A stretch of DNA of 64,000 bases, taken from positions 68,476 through 132,475 of the forward strand of contig NVSU01000001.1 in NCBI GenBank assembly GCA_002401345.1, read 5' to 3'. Under the pieces are notes generated by a model. It made no database searches. It was not told where the DNA came from and saw only the letters and a program-made list of their open reading frames with translations. Shown one piece after another: positions 1 through 8,140 of the stretch (its first letter is position 1; the number at the start of each line of letters is the position of its first letter). The position numbers and the translations under genes are program-made. Origin of the DNA: Candidatus Wolfebacteria bacterium. GTDB lineage: Bacteria; Patescibacteriota; Minisyncoccia; Phycocordibacterales; NVSU01.

Positions 1-721
1 TCTTTACTGACTCATTATGCATGTAAATATTACGAAGAAGTTCAATTCTTAGCTCTCGATATTCTTTATAGAATTTTTTAGTAATTGTTTCTTCCTCAGT
101 ACGAATATCAGAAAGAAGTTCTTCCGTTTTTGTTTTCCCAGATTTTGAAGTGAAATTTTCTGCATTAAGCAGAAAATAAAACTTTCGAAATTCGTAATAA
201 TCATCTTCAGGATTAACTAAATCATCGAGTGTCCAAATTTCATAATCTAATTGATTATCTTGAAAAAGTCTGAATTCGTAAAAGTTTGACGCAAGAACAA
301 AAGGAGAATGTGAGTATTGTATTTTATATTTAAATGCCTGCTGGATTGGACTCATGTTCCCTACTCTCTGTTGAGGACGATCAAGAGGAACACTGGCACC
401 CTTTAATTCGACAACGGACGAAACCTTGCTAATTTCTTTATCAAAATATCCTAGTACTACATCTGGTAATTGACCCTGCTCAGTAGTAGCTTTGGGTTCT
501 AGTGTATAAGGAGAATTTGGCTTTTCTGAATAACCCAAAACTTTTATGAAAAAATCTTGATTAAATGCCTGCTCTCGTGATGTTTCCTTATCTTGCTTAA
601 GAGTTCCGTGATGATAGTCCTTATCCCACTTTTTAATTATCTCAAGTTTTTCATCAAAATCAGGAATATCAAAATTCTCTAATTTTCTTTTTACTATTCT
701 ATTCTTGAAAATTGGAGCCAC
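1..721 (-). CDS. Type IIL (MmeI-family) restriction-modification enzyme, N-terminal nuclease region; partial, continues beyond window start
   Basis: I translated the minus-strand frame by hand. It is open from a GTG at 721 to the window edge. It shows a PD-(D/E)xK-like motif (PDVVLGYFD...VVELKG). The segment SPFVLASNFYEFRLF matches MmeI PRYVLVCDFQRFRL. The N-terminal ...QAFNQDFFIKVLGY resembles MmeI ...FLIDFFEVFGI. The six-frame track missed it because it has no stop within the window. Confidence 0.5.
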   Translation of the reverse strand, partial: MAPIFKNRIVKRKLENFDIPDFDEKLEIIKKWDKDYHHGTLKQDKETSREQAFNQDFFIKVLGYSEKPNSPYTLEPKATTEQGQLPDVVLGYFDKEISKVSSVVELKGASVPLDRPQQRVGNMSPIQQAFKYKIQYSHSPFVLASNFYEFRLFQDNQLDYEIWTLDDLVNPEDDYYEFRKFYFLLNAENFTSKSGKTKTEELLSDIRTEEETITKKFYKEYRELRIELLRNIYMHNESVK

Positions 722-770
722 AATTTAAACATTATACCACGTTTATATAAGTCATTTGCAAATCACGCAC

Positions 771-918
771 AAAAAAAGTGAGGTCGTTGTCGACCTCACT
801 TATACCTATATTTATCGCTCTGCGACGTCAGCAGCCCTCTTCACAGTGAGCCACAGAAGGTAACATCCACCTTTTCATAACTTTCAGTTTTAATGGTTAC
901 TATTCACTTTATTTGTTC
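771..918 (-). ncRNA. Candidate small RNA (about 145 nt) between the extended -10 promoter and an intrinsic terminator
   Basis: The minus-strand transcript would end in the hairpin GUGAGGUCG-acaa-CGACCUCAC followed by UUUUUUU (778-799 plus the A-run 771-777 on the + strand). The body is relatively GC-rich. No ORF of 60 aa or more. Confidence 0.3.
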
Positions 919-925
919 TATCTTT

Positions 926-934
926 ATTATACCA
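926..934 (-). promoter_or_regulatory. Extended -10 promoter (TGGTATAAT on minus strand) for candidate sRNA
   Basis: Reverse complement of attatacca gives TGGTATAAT. Nearby TTGACA (939-944) is only 7 nt away, so it is not used as the -35. Confidence 0.3.
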
Positions 935-960
935 AAGCTGTCAAGTGCTCTAAAAAATAA

Positions 961-988
961 AACCCTATCCTCCGAGGAGGATAGGGTT
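961..988 (-). terminator. Intrinsic terminator (tandem copy 1 of 2), hairpin AACCCUAUCCUCC-GAGG-AGGAUAGGGUU + U-run on minus strand
   Basis: Inverted repeat with a flanking A-run on + (a U-run on -). It lies downstream of the minus-strand operon 1197..2050. Confidence 0.5.
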
Positions 989-1080
989 AGCGAATGACAA
1001 TTTTGCAACACCGCTTATTGCCATTCTTCACCACCTCTCAAATATTACTATAATTTCTCCACATGGTCAATATTTAAAAA

Positions 1081-1104
1081 CCCTACCTTCCGAAGAAGAT
1101 AGGG
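1081..1104 (-). terminator. Intrinsic terminator (tandem copy 2 of 2), sequence-related to 961..988
   Basis: Hairpin CCCUACCUUC-CGAA-GAAGAUAGGG with an adjacent U-run on minus. About 45 nt, including the flanking GAATG(A/G)CA, is duplicated relative to the copy at 958-1000. Confidence 0.45.
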
Positions 1105-1196
1105 CCGGTGAATGGCAGCTCTCCGAAGAGAAACTTACCATGCGAATCACCTGAAGGAATATTAACAGACTTTCCTAAGTAGGTCAAGATATATTC

Positions 1197-1523
1197 TTAT
1201 TCCTGAGGTTGTATGTTTTTTAGATTTTGTATCATTCGCTTGATCGCTCTGAGTGTCGTGATGATGATGATCCAAAATAATGAGAGTGGAATGAATATTA
1301 TCCAGAATAAAATACGTGCAAACAATGTAGATTGTGTGATGAGATCTGTCCACCCAAATACAAAGAGAAGGCCAAGTACGACAAGTGTGAGGAATGCCAA
1401 TACAATCACATATCCTTTAATCATTCCTAGTGCCTGATCCACTACAAATCCAGAAGGATCAGCGACGCCACTTTTGATGGCTCTTAGTTGTTTCCGTAAT
1501 CTAAAGATTTTAAATATAAACAT
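1197..1523 (-). CDS. Small membrane protein (2 predicted TM helices), hypothetical
   Basis: ORF of 108 aa with a hydrophobic core. Its ATG lies 3 nt after the TAA of the upstream FMN reductase gene (TAATTATG), which suggests translational coupling. Confidence 0.45.
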   Translation of the reverse strand: MFIFKIFRLRKQLRAIKSGVADPSGFVVDQALGMIKGYVIVLAFLTLVVLGLLFVFGWTDLITQSTLFARILFWIIFIPLSLFWIIIITTLRAIKRMIQNLKNIQPQE

Positions 1524-1525
1524 AA

Positions 1526-2050
1526 TTATTTCTTACTTACATGAGCTGCGAGCGCTTCAAAGAAATTTCCAAGCTTCTTTTTATATGCATCGACATCTTT
1601 TATTGCACCACTCTCATCAATGATCTCTCCTACATGAGAAAAGTGAACTGAGTTTTTTATTGGAATCATCTCAAGTGCAATCGCGACAAGTTTTAATTGC
1701 TCTATCATGCGAGATGCGCCAAGTCCCCCTGCTGAAACTCCACATATTCCAAGTGGCTTATTTCCATACTCAGTATAGATACTATCCAAAAGAAGTTTTA
1801 ACTCTCCTGGAAAACTAAAATTATATTCAGGTGCAACAATGACAAATCCGTCAGCTTTTCCTGCTATTGCACTCCATTTTTCTTTTAATTCAGCTGATCC
1901 CATTGTGCCTGCAAATGGAAACTCTTTTACATCAACAATCTGGGTGTCGAACCCATACTCTTGTGCATACTCATGAACAAAACGCGCAACGTGTTCACTC
2001 TTGCGACCCTCTCGTGCAGTTCCAAGAATAATTGGTATAAATAATTTTTT
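1526..2050 (-). CDS. NAD(P)H-dependent FMN reductase-like flavoprotein (flavodoxin-like fold)
   Basis: Family-typical N-terminus MKKLFIPIILGTAREGRKSEH, FVIVAPEYNFSFPGELK, ICGVSAGG. The real start is probably MKKLF (2050); the ORF extension to 2086 runs into the promoter. Confidence 0.7.
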   Translation of the reverse strand, partial: KKLFIPIILGTAREGRKSEHVARFVHEYAQEYGFDTQIVDVKEFPFAGTMGSAELKEKWSAIAGKADGFVIVAPEYNFSFPGELKLLLDSIYTEYGNKPLGICGVSAGGLGASRMIEQLKLVAIALEMIPIKNSVHFSHVGEIIDESGAIKDVDAYKKKLGNFFEALAAHVSKK

Positions 2051-2059
2051 CATCCTCAA

Positions 2060-2143
2060 CAGTATACCCTGTCTACCGATACGCAAGCAAGAAGTGTTGG
2101 AATTATAAAAAGCCTCTTATGGTATAAGAGGCTTTTTATAATT
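2060..2143 (-). promoter_or_regulatory. Promoter module (TTGCTT-18-TATACT; ATG 7 nt after the -10, apparently leaderless) plus upstream hairpin aaaaagcctcttat..ataagaggcttttt; duplicated at 2711..2795
   Basis: About 85 nt is roughly 80% identical to 2711-2795. The core TCGGTAGA(C/A)A(G/A)GGTATACTG is conserved. A perfect hairpin sits at 2106-2143. Confidence 0.45.
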
Positions 2144-2152
2144 TAATTCTCC

Positions 2153-2710
2153 TTACTTTAAAAAAGATTTGTATTCATAATCTTTTAATAGGAGGGTTTC
2201 TATTTCTCCAGAGCAGTCATCAAGTTTTTCACTATTTTCACCAACGTAATGACAAATTGTCTTTACTGGAACTAATCCAAGTCCTTCAAAAATTCCACCT
2301 TCAGTTTTACTATAAAAACAAGTTGAGAGCACGTACGCACCCGCAGATTCTCCTGCTATTATTTTGCCTTCCATTAGTTTAAATAAAGTAGGATATTCTT
2401 TTAGTGTATCGAGTAATTTTAGCGTTTACCCACCATGCAGATACACAATATCAGCTTCTACTATTTGTTTTTCAAATGAGTCTTGGTTTGCAGTATTAAA
2501 TGAAAGATTTCTATTGTCTATATTATTCCTATTAAACTGTGTTTTATCTTTCTGACTTGTTTGTTCATATTCTCTCTCATCTTTTGCAAAATTAACCAAT
2601 AGAATTTGTGGATTTTCAGGAGCATCACTTAATATTTCTCTGAAAAAGGAATCATTTTCAGCATTTAACTTTGATGCATAGCCACCATGTAATATAAACT
2701 TTGTCTGCAT
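2153..2710 (-). pseudogene. Peptidase E / S51 family (Type 1 glutamine amidotransferase-like) gene interrupted by one in-frame TAA
   Basis: ORFs 2426..2710 and 2153..2374 are in the same frame. Joined they read ADIVYLHGG*TLKLL...KIIAGESAGA, matching E. coli PepE IIIVGGGNTFQLL...ALYIGWSAGA. The stop falls at the conserved Asn. Confidence 0.55.
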
Positions 2711-2795
2711 ATAGAGCAGTATACCTTTTCTACCGATAGACAGGCAAGAAATGTTAGAAATATAAAAAGCCTCTTATATATAAGAGGCTTTTGTT
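2711..2795 (-). promoter_or_regulatory. Second copy of the duplicated leaderless promoter + hairpin module (TTGCCT-18-TATACT, ATG 7 nt downstream)
   Basis: See 2060..2143. The hairpin aaaagcctcttatatataagaggctttt is at about 2765-2795. Confidence 0.45.
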
Positions 2796-2798
2796 AAT

Positions 2799-3176
2799 TT
2801 ATTCAACGTATTCTACTGTCGCAGATCCCGTAGCTGTTTCCCAAAGGCGAACCTTGGACACAGGAAGATCTGTCTTGTAGAGGCGGTCAAAGATATCATT
2901 AGCAATATTCTCAACGGTCGTTGGATAATCAACCGCTTTATTGATATTGTGATGATCAAAAGGATCGATCACTTTTTTCACAATTTTTGACATTTCATCA
3001 AAATCAATGATCATACCTTCATCAGGACTTCCATCAGCTTGTTTGGGTGTTCCAGTCACGGTCACTTCCAATTTGTATGAATGTCCATGTTCATTTTTAC
3101 ACTTTCCTTCGTGATTAACTAATTGATGCGCCGCTTCGAATGTATAAAATTTTGTGACACTTACTTTCTTTGGCAT
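2799..3176 (-). CDS. queD: 6-carboxy-5,6,7,8-tetrahydropterin synthase (QueD / PTPS family)
   Basis: 125 aa with the CxxxHGH zinc motif (CKNEHGHSY) and an EAAHQL N-terminal motif. Confidence 0.85.
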   Translation of the reverse strand: MPKKVSVTKFYTFEAAHQLVNHEGKCKNEHGHSYKLEVTVTGTPKQADGSPDEGMIIDFDEMSKIVKKVIDPFDHHNINKAVDYPTTVENIANDIFDRLYKTDLPVSKVRLWETATGSATVEYVE

Positions 3177-3359
3177 ACGTATTATATTTTAAAAATCTGT
3201 AGTTATCTTTCTGGCATCACATTACCATGAAACTCATCAATTGACAATGCCTCTCTCCTTCTGTATCCTACGTATAGAACTCCCGATTCTGGTTCATATA
3301 CGTATGAATCGAGGATCCTCGATCCGCTAAAGCGAGATCGGGATAAAATAATATGTTCT

Positions 3360-3983
3360 ATGAAAACAATAGGAGCAATTTTTATTCTTATAGTTAATTT
3401 TCTACCGCTCGTGAGCACAGCTCAAAGGGCGGATTCATTGGTAAAGTATTTGAAAATGAGTAGAGGTGAACAAGAGAAACGTATGGGTGTATTTCAGCAC
3501 TACGAGTCATTTGTCCCTCTCATTATAGATACCGTTAAAGGCTGTGGTACTCATAAACAAGAGACTACTAAGATTGATGACTCAACGGTATATGAATTGA
3601 ATATATGGTTGATCCCACTTAATCCAACACTCACCATTCGTTATGAAACAGAATTTGGTGGAGATGGAAATGAAAGTCTGACAGAATCTGTGTATATAGA
3701 TAAGAAGAATGTCTTTGAAGAAAAAATATTCACACAGCATCTTGAGTTTTCGATTACAGGAAATGAAATCAAACTTATGATTGTGATCAATGAAGATCCA
3801 CATTCTGAGTATGGATATACAGCTGTTAATGTACATATCAACGAATCCAATACTCTAGCTGTAAATTTTGACTATGGAGTGAGTAGACGTGTAGATACAG
3901 GTGAGTTCATTACTGAAGTCAAAATCAACATAGAAGCTATATTAGAAGAATTGTCAGTGTATTTTACAACACTCGAAAAGTAA
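3360..3983 (+). CDS. Secreted hypothetical protein (N-terminal signal peptide)
   Basis: 207 aa. The N-terminus is hydrophobic (ILIVNFLPLVSTAQ). It is followed by a perfect hairpin terminator at 3986-4013. Confidence 0.5.
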   Translation: MKTIGAIFILIVNFLPLVSTAQRADSLVKYLKMSRGEQEKRMGVFQHYESFVPLIIDTVKGCGTHKQETTKIDDSTVYELNIWLIPLNPTLTIRYETEFGGDGNESLTESVYIDKKNVFEEKIFTQHLEFSITGNEIKLMIVINEDPHSEYGYTAVNVHINESNTLAVNFDYGVSRRVDTGEFITEVKINIEAILEELSVYFTTLEK

Positions 3984-3985
3984 AA

Positions 3986-4013
3986 GTCCTCATGTAACAT
4001 GAGGACTTTTTTT
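3986..4013 (+). terminator. Intrinsic terminator (AGTCCTCATGT-aa-CATGAGGACT + T-run)
   Basis: Perfect inverted repeat followed by TTTTTTT. Confidence 0.7.
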
Positions 4014-4185
4014 ATTTGTCCTTTTTATTGCCTTATTTTACTTAGGTACTAGACGTAATGTGGAAAACTGGACAGGTGCCACTTTAAAGACATGTTACTA
4101 TACATCACGATGAATAAAACAAGATATAAAAGAAAAGGGGTCGATCAAATTTCTTTTTTCCGTTTTATACTTTCTCATTTTAAAA

Positions 4186-4213
4186 AGAGCTCCCAATAGG
4201 GAGCTCTTTTTTT
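4186..4213 (+). terminator. Leader terminator/attenuator-like hairpin (GAGCTCCC-aata-GGGAGCTC + T7), 40 nt upstream of the 4253 gene
   Basis: Perfect 8-bp stem plus a U-run. No + strand ORF lies upstream of it in 4014-4185. Confidence 0.5.
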
Positions 4214-4252
4214 ATGTGTCATCATCATTACTAATTAATTTTAAAAAATAAT

Positions 4253-5095
4253 ATGATAAAAAATTATATTGGAGAAAAAGATACTATTGCATTTAGCAAG
4301 ACTATAAATAAAATGCGTTCATTTTGTCTTGATAAAGGTTTTACAGAAGTACATACTCAAGATCGATTAAGCATCCTCGCTGCATGTGAAGATCCCGATA
4401 CCGTCGCAACGTACACGTATGCAGGCGAAACATGGCCACTCCCTCAAACAGGTCAGATGTGGCTCGAATATGAATTACTTACAAAGCCGGAATTGCCCGG
4501 CGTTTTTTGTGTCAGTACAAGCTATCGTAACGAACAAAATCCAGTTCCCGGAAGACATAAAATAATATTCCCTATGTTTGAATTCGAAATAAAAGGATCA
4601 ATTAAAGATTTGGAAAAGTTTGAAATTGAATTATTAGAATATTTGGGATTTGGTAATGAAAAAAGTTTCACATACAAGACATACGATGAGCTCAAGGCTC
4701 ACTATTCGACAGATGAATTAACTCACGACAATGAAGCACATATGAAAAAAGATTTTGGACCCGTAGTATTTTGTAAAGAATTCCCCACATACACCTCCCC
4801 CTTCTGGAACATGAAAAGAAAGAATCCCGAGTACTCACACAAAATAGACGTGATTCTCGACGGAAAAGAAACGATAGGAAGTGCGGAGAGAAGTACTAAT
4901 GCTCAAGAAATGAGAGAAGAATTTCACACAATAAGTGATGGGAAATACGCAGAGAAACTATATGATCTCTTTGGAAAAGAAAGAGTTAATAAGGAACTCG
5001 AAGAATTCCTTTCATTTGAGTTCTTCCCCCGAGTTGGAGGAGGAATTGGAGTAACACGAATGATTGATGCGATCAATAGCCTAGAAAAGAAGTAG
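4253..5095 (+). CDS. Class II aminoacyl-tRNA synthetase-like catalytic-core protein (archaeal-type AsnA / AsnRS paralog; EpmA-like alternative)
   Basis: Motif 2-like STSYRNEQNPVPGRH. Motif 3 GGGIGVTRMIDA. 280 aa with no anticodon-binding domain. Confidence 0.55.
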   Translation: MIKNYIGEKDTIAFSKTINKMRSFCLDKGFTEVHTQDRLSILAACEDPDTVATYTYAGETWPLPQTGQMWLEYELLTKPELPGVFCVSTSYRNEQNPVPGRHKIIFPMFEFEIKGSIKDLEKFEIELLEYLGFGNEKSFTYKTYDELKAHYSTDELTHDNEAHMKKDFGPVVFCKEFPTYTSPFWNMKRKNPEYSHKIDVILDGKETIGSAERSTNAQEMREEFHTISDGKYAEKLYDLFGKERVNKELEEFLSFEFFPRVGGGIGVTRMIDAINSLEKK

Positions 5096-5098
5096 AGA

Positions 5099-5845
5099 CT
5101 ATTGCGACTGAACCTCCGGAGCCATCTCTGGTCGATCCATGGGAACTGCAGAATGTTCTGGTGTCTTAGGTGACTCAGGTGCTGCAGGTTGCTCGGGTTG
5201 TGCGGGAGGTTTCTGATCGGTTGATGATGGTGCTTCGAACTGCTCTAGTCTTTTTTTATACATTGATGTGAATGCAACCATTGTTGTTGGAATAGTTGCA
5301 AACAGTCCAATACCCAATGCAAGTGTTCCTACTATATTTATTCCAAGTAATGAAAGATTAAATACAAATAGTTTCCATACATGTCCCTTTGTTATTGCAG
5401 CACTTCTCTTAAATGCTTCAATAGACCCGAGTTTTTTATCTACGACAAATTGTCCAAAATATTGAAATCGGGTTGCCCAAATAATTCCTGGCACAATCAA
5501 AAGTACGAGTCCGACAAATACAACAAGCGAATATAAAATGGATGCTACAAAGTAATTAATGAGGTGTCGATAGTGTTTGAACAAGTCAGAATATTTACTA
5601 GGATAACCAAATGCGAAATTCAATAATATTCTTGTAATACCGATAGCAACCAAAATCAGTACGATCTGCACCACAATATTTACAATAGTAAAAATAATAG
5701 ACCCTCCTCCCACGAACACATTCACTACACTTGGAATAAATGAGATGATCCAGTAGATAAATAGAATACCTACAAAAAACCAAAAATTCTTCTTCATTGT
5801 ATTCCATCCAAATCGAAGTGCCTCTTTATTTAAAAATGTTTTCAT
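5099..5845 (-). CDS. Polytopic membrane protein with a Pro-rich C-terminal tail, hypothetical
   Basis: 248 aa, multiple hydrophobic helices. The C-terminus is PPAQPEQPAAPESPKTPEH. Confidence 0.45.
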   Translation of the reverse strand: MKTFLNKEALRFGWNTMKKNFWFFVGILFIYWIISFIPSVVNVFVGGGSIIFTIVNIVVQIVLILVAIGITRILLNFAFGYPSKYSDLFKHYRHLINYFVASILYSLVVFVGLVLLIVPGIIWATRFQYFGQFVVDKKLGSIEAFKRSAAITKGHVWKLFVFNLSLLGINIVGTLALGIGLFATIPTTMVAFTSMYKKRLEQFEAPSSTDQKPPAQPEQPAAPESPKTPEHSAVPMDRPEMAPEVQSQ

Positions 5846-5976
5846 CTTGTTAAAGATAAGATATGTTTACATTTCTATGTAATGCATACCTATCATTATT
5901 ATTGCTAATTATCCCTTTTTCCCGTCTTCACAATACGGTAACCTGTAACGGGATTTATGTATTAATTATAGCAAGA

Positions 5977-5999
5977 AAAGACAAAAAACAACTGTGAGT
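5977..5999 (-). terminator. Intrinsic terminator for ptrB (CAACTCACAGTTG + U-run on minus)
   Basis: Minus-strand hairpin followed by UUUUUUGUCUUUU. Confidence 0.5.
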
Positions 6000-6018
6000 T
6001 GACCACGGGTTCCTTTTT

Positions 6019-8067
6019 TTATTTCTGCAGCATATCAACGATAAATGCATAGATAAATGCGGCTTCTTTTAAATATTCATACCTACCTGATGATCCGCCG
6101 TGGCCGGCCCCCATATTTGTCTTTAATAAGAGCGTATTATTATCTGTTTTCATATCACGTAATTTGGCCACCCATTTTGCAGGCTCCCAATATTGCACAC
6201 GAGGATCATTAAGCCCTCCAAGTACCAACATGTGTGGATAGTCTTTAGCTTCTATATTGTCATACGGAGAATATGACAATATATATTCATAATTTTTCTT
6301 TTCATTTGGATCACCCCATTCTTCATATTCTGCAATAGTAAGCGGAAGTGTCGGATCCATCATTGTATTTATCACATCGACAAATGGCACATCGGCTACC
6401 ACTGCATTAAATAGATCGGGTCTCATATTACTCACCGCGCCCATGAGCAGTCCCCCTGCACTTCCTCCCCAAATTGCGAGTGACTCTGGTGCAGTATAGT
6501 CTTCTTTAATCAAATGCTCTGCACATGCGATGAAATCAGTGAATGTATTTTTCTTGTTTAAATATTTACCCTGTTCATACCAGTGCTCTCCCAGTTCACT
6601 TCCTCCTCGAATGTGGGCTATGACATATACAAAACCTCTATCCAGAAGACTAATAATATTAGAAGAAAAATATGGATTACTTGAAATCCCATAGGAGCCA
6701 TATCCAGTGAGCAACAGAGGATTCGCTTCATTCTTTTTGTACAGATCTTTTTTATAGACCACTGACATAGGTATTTCTTCATTGTCGGGTGCGCGAGCAA
6801 CAATTCGTTTTGCAATGTAGTCATCTTTGTTAAATCCACCGAGCACTTCTTTTTGTTTTTTAAGCTCTTGTGTTCGTGCTTCCATATCATACTCAAAGAC
6901 AGAACTCGGAGTAGTTAATGATGAATATGAATAACGCAGCGTATTAGTATTAAAATCAGGATTACTTGATACTCCTACTGTATATACTTCTTCTGGAAAT
7001 GGTATGAAGTGATGTGTGTCATCTAGTACATTAATTATATTAATCTTCTCCAAACCTTTTTCGCGCTGTGATATTACAAGGTACTCTTTAAATAAATCTA
7101 TATCTGTAATGCTTATATTGTCATCATGAGCAATCACTTCTTTCCAATTTTCCTTTGTGGGTGTCTCAACTGATGTTTTCATCACCTTAAAATTTAACGC
7201 GTTCTTATTCGTTCGTATATAAAAAGTATCGCCATGATGGTGAACGTAATATTCTATTCCCTTTTCCCGAGGTTGAATGATCTCAAACTGACTCGTCGGC
7301 TCATCGGCATCCATAGCGCGTACTTCCGAAGTAACTTTACTTCCAGATAAAATCATAATATATTTTTCTGTTCGAGTTTTATATAAGTTAACGAAAAACT
7401 TTCCATCGGGTTCATGAAACATCATTGTATCTTCCTTTGTGTCGGTCCCAAGGGTATGTCGATACACTTTATGCGGTCGTTTGGTTTCATCCAATACCGA
7501 ATAGAAGAATGTCTGACTATCATTGATCCATTCAAAAGAATGATATGTGTGTGTTATCTGGTCACTCAAAAGCTCTCCTGTGTCTAGATTCTTTATAAAA
7601 ATCGTATATTCTTCTGATCCATTGGTATCGACCGAATATGCGAGCAGTGAGTGATCGGGACTCACATCAAATACACCCAATTGAAAATATTCATATCCTT
7701 CGGCAAGAATGTTTTGATCTAACAGTATTTCTTCGGCTGAGTCGAGTGATTCTTTTTTTCGAGCATATATTGGATATTGTTTCCCTTCTTCTGTTCTCGT
7801 ATAGTAATAATAGTTATCAATTTTCACTGGAACTGACATGTCAGTTTCCTTGATTCTTCCTTTCATTTCCTTGTAGAGTTGTGCCTGTGCATCTTCTGTA
7901 TCTTTCATTATCTCTTTAGTGTATGTATTTTCATCTTTAAGATACGTAATGACTTCAGGGTTTGTTTTTTCTCGCAGCCAAAAATACTCATCGATTCGTG
8001 TATCACCATGATACACCGTCTCATGAGGAATTTTCTTTGCTTTTGGAGGTTGTGGTTTATTGTTCAT
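6019..8067 (-). CDS. ptrB: Oligopeptidase B / prolyl oligopeptidase family S9A
   Basis: 682 aa. Beta-propeller N-half, GGSAGGLLMGAV serine motif, and YFWLREKTNPEVITYLKDEN N-terminal signature. Confidence 0.85.
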   Translation of the reverse strand: MNNKPQPPKAKKIPHETVYHGDTRIDEYFWLREKTNPEVITYLKDENTYTKEIMKDTEDAQAQLYKEMKGRIKETDMSVPVKIDNYYYYTRTEEGKQYPIYARKKESLDSAEEILLDQNILAEGYEYFQLGVFDVSPDHSLLAYSVDTNGSEEYTIFIKNLDTGELLSDQITHTYHSFEWINDSQTFFYSVLDETKRPHKVYRHTLGTDTKEDTMMFHEPDGKFFVNLYKTRTEKYIMILSGSKVTSEVRAMDADEPTSQFEIIQPREKGIEYYVHHHGDTFYIRTNKNALNFKVMKTSVETPTKENWKEVIAHDDNISITDIDLFKEYLVISQREKGLEKINIINVLDDTHHFIPFPEEVYTVGVSSNPDFNTNTLRYSYSSLTTPSSVFEYDMEARTQELKKQKEVLGGFNKDDYIAKRIVARAPDNEEIPMSVVYKKDLYKKNEANPLLLTGYGSYGISSNPYFSSNIISLLDRGFVYVIAHIRGGSELGEHWYEQGKYLNKKNTFTDFIACAEHLIKEDYTAPESLAIWGGSAGGLLMGAVSNMRPDLFNAVVADVPFVDVINTMMDPTLPLTIAEYEEWGDPNEKKNYEYILSYSPYDNIEAKDYPHMLVLGGLNDPRVQYWEPAKWVAKLRDMKTDNNTLLLKTNMGAGHGGSSGRYEYLKEAAFIYAFIVDMLQK

Positions 8068-8100
8068 AGATGCAGTATATCAGGAAGTTGAGTGAATTAA

Positions 8101-8130
8101 AAAAAGACACCTTTTTAGGTGTCTTTTAAA
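8101..8130 (-). terminator. Bidirectional intrinsic terminator (AAGACACC-ttttta-GGTGTCTT)
   Basis: Hairpin flanked by an A-run and a T-run. Confidence 0.6.
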
Positions 8131-8140
8131 TCTATGATTT

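Noticed and set aside
820-900. Possible SRP (4.5S) RNA because of GUCAGC / GAAGG-like strings
   Set aside because: I could not reconstruct the domain IV consensus (GGAAGGAAGCAGCC with a GNRA loop) on either strand. I treat it as an unknown sRNA instead.
3203-3418. 71-aa minus ORF between queD and the secreted-protein gene
   Set aside because: It overlaps the start of 3360..3983, and this intergenic region holds that gene's promoter. No coding signal.
4014-4213. T-box riboswitch upstream of the aaRS-like gene
   Set aside because: No AGGGUGGNACCGCG T-box sequence or specifier-loop architecture found.
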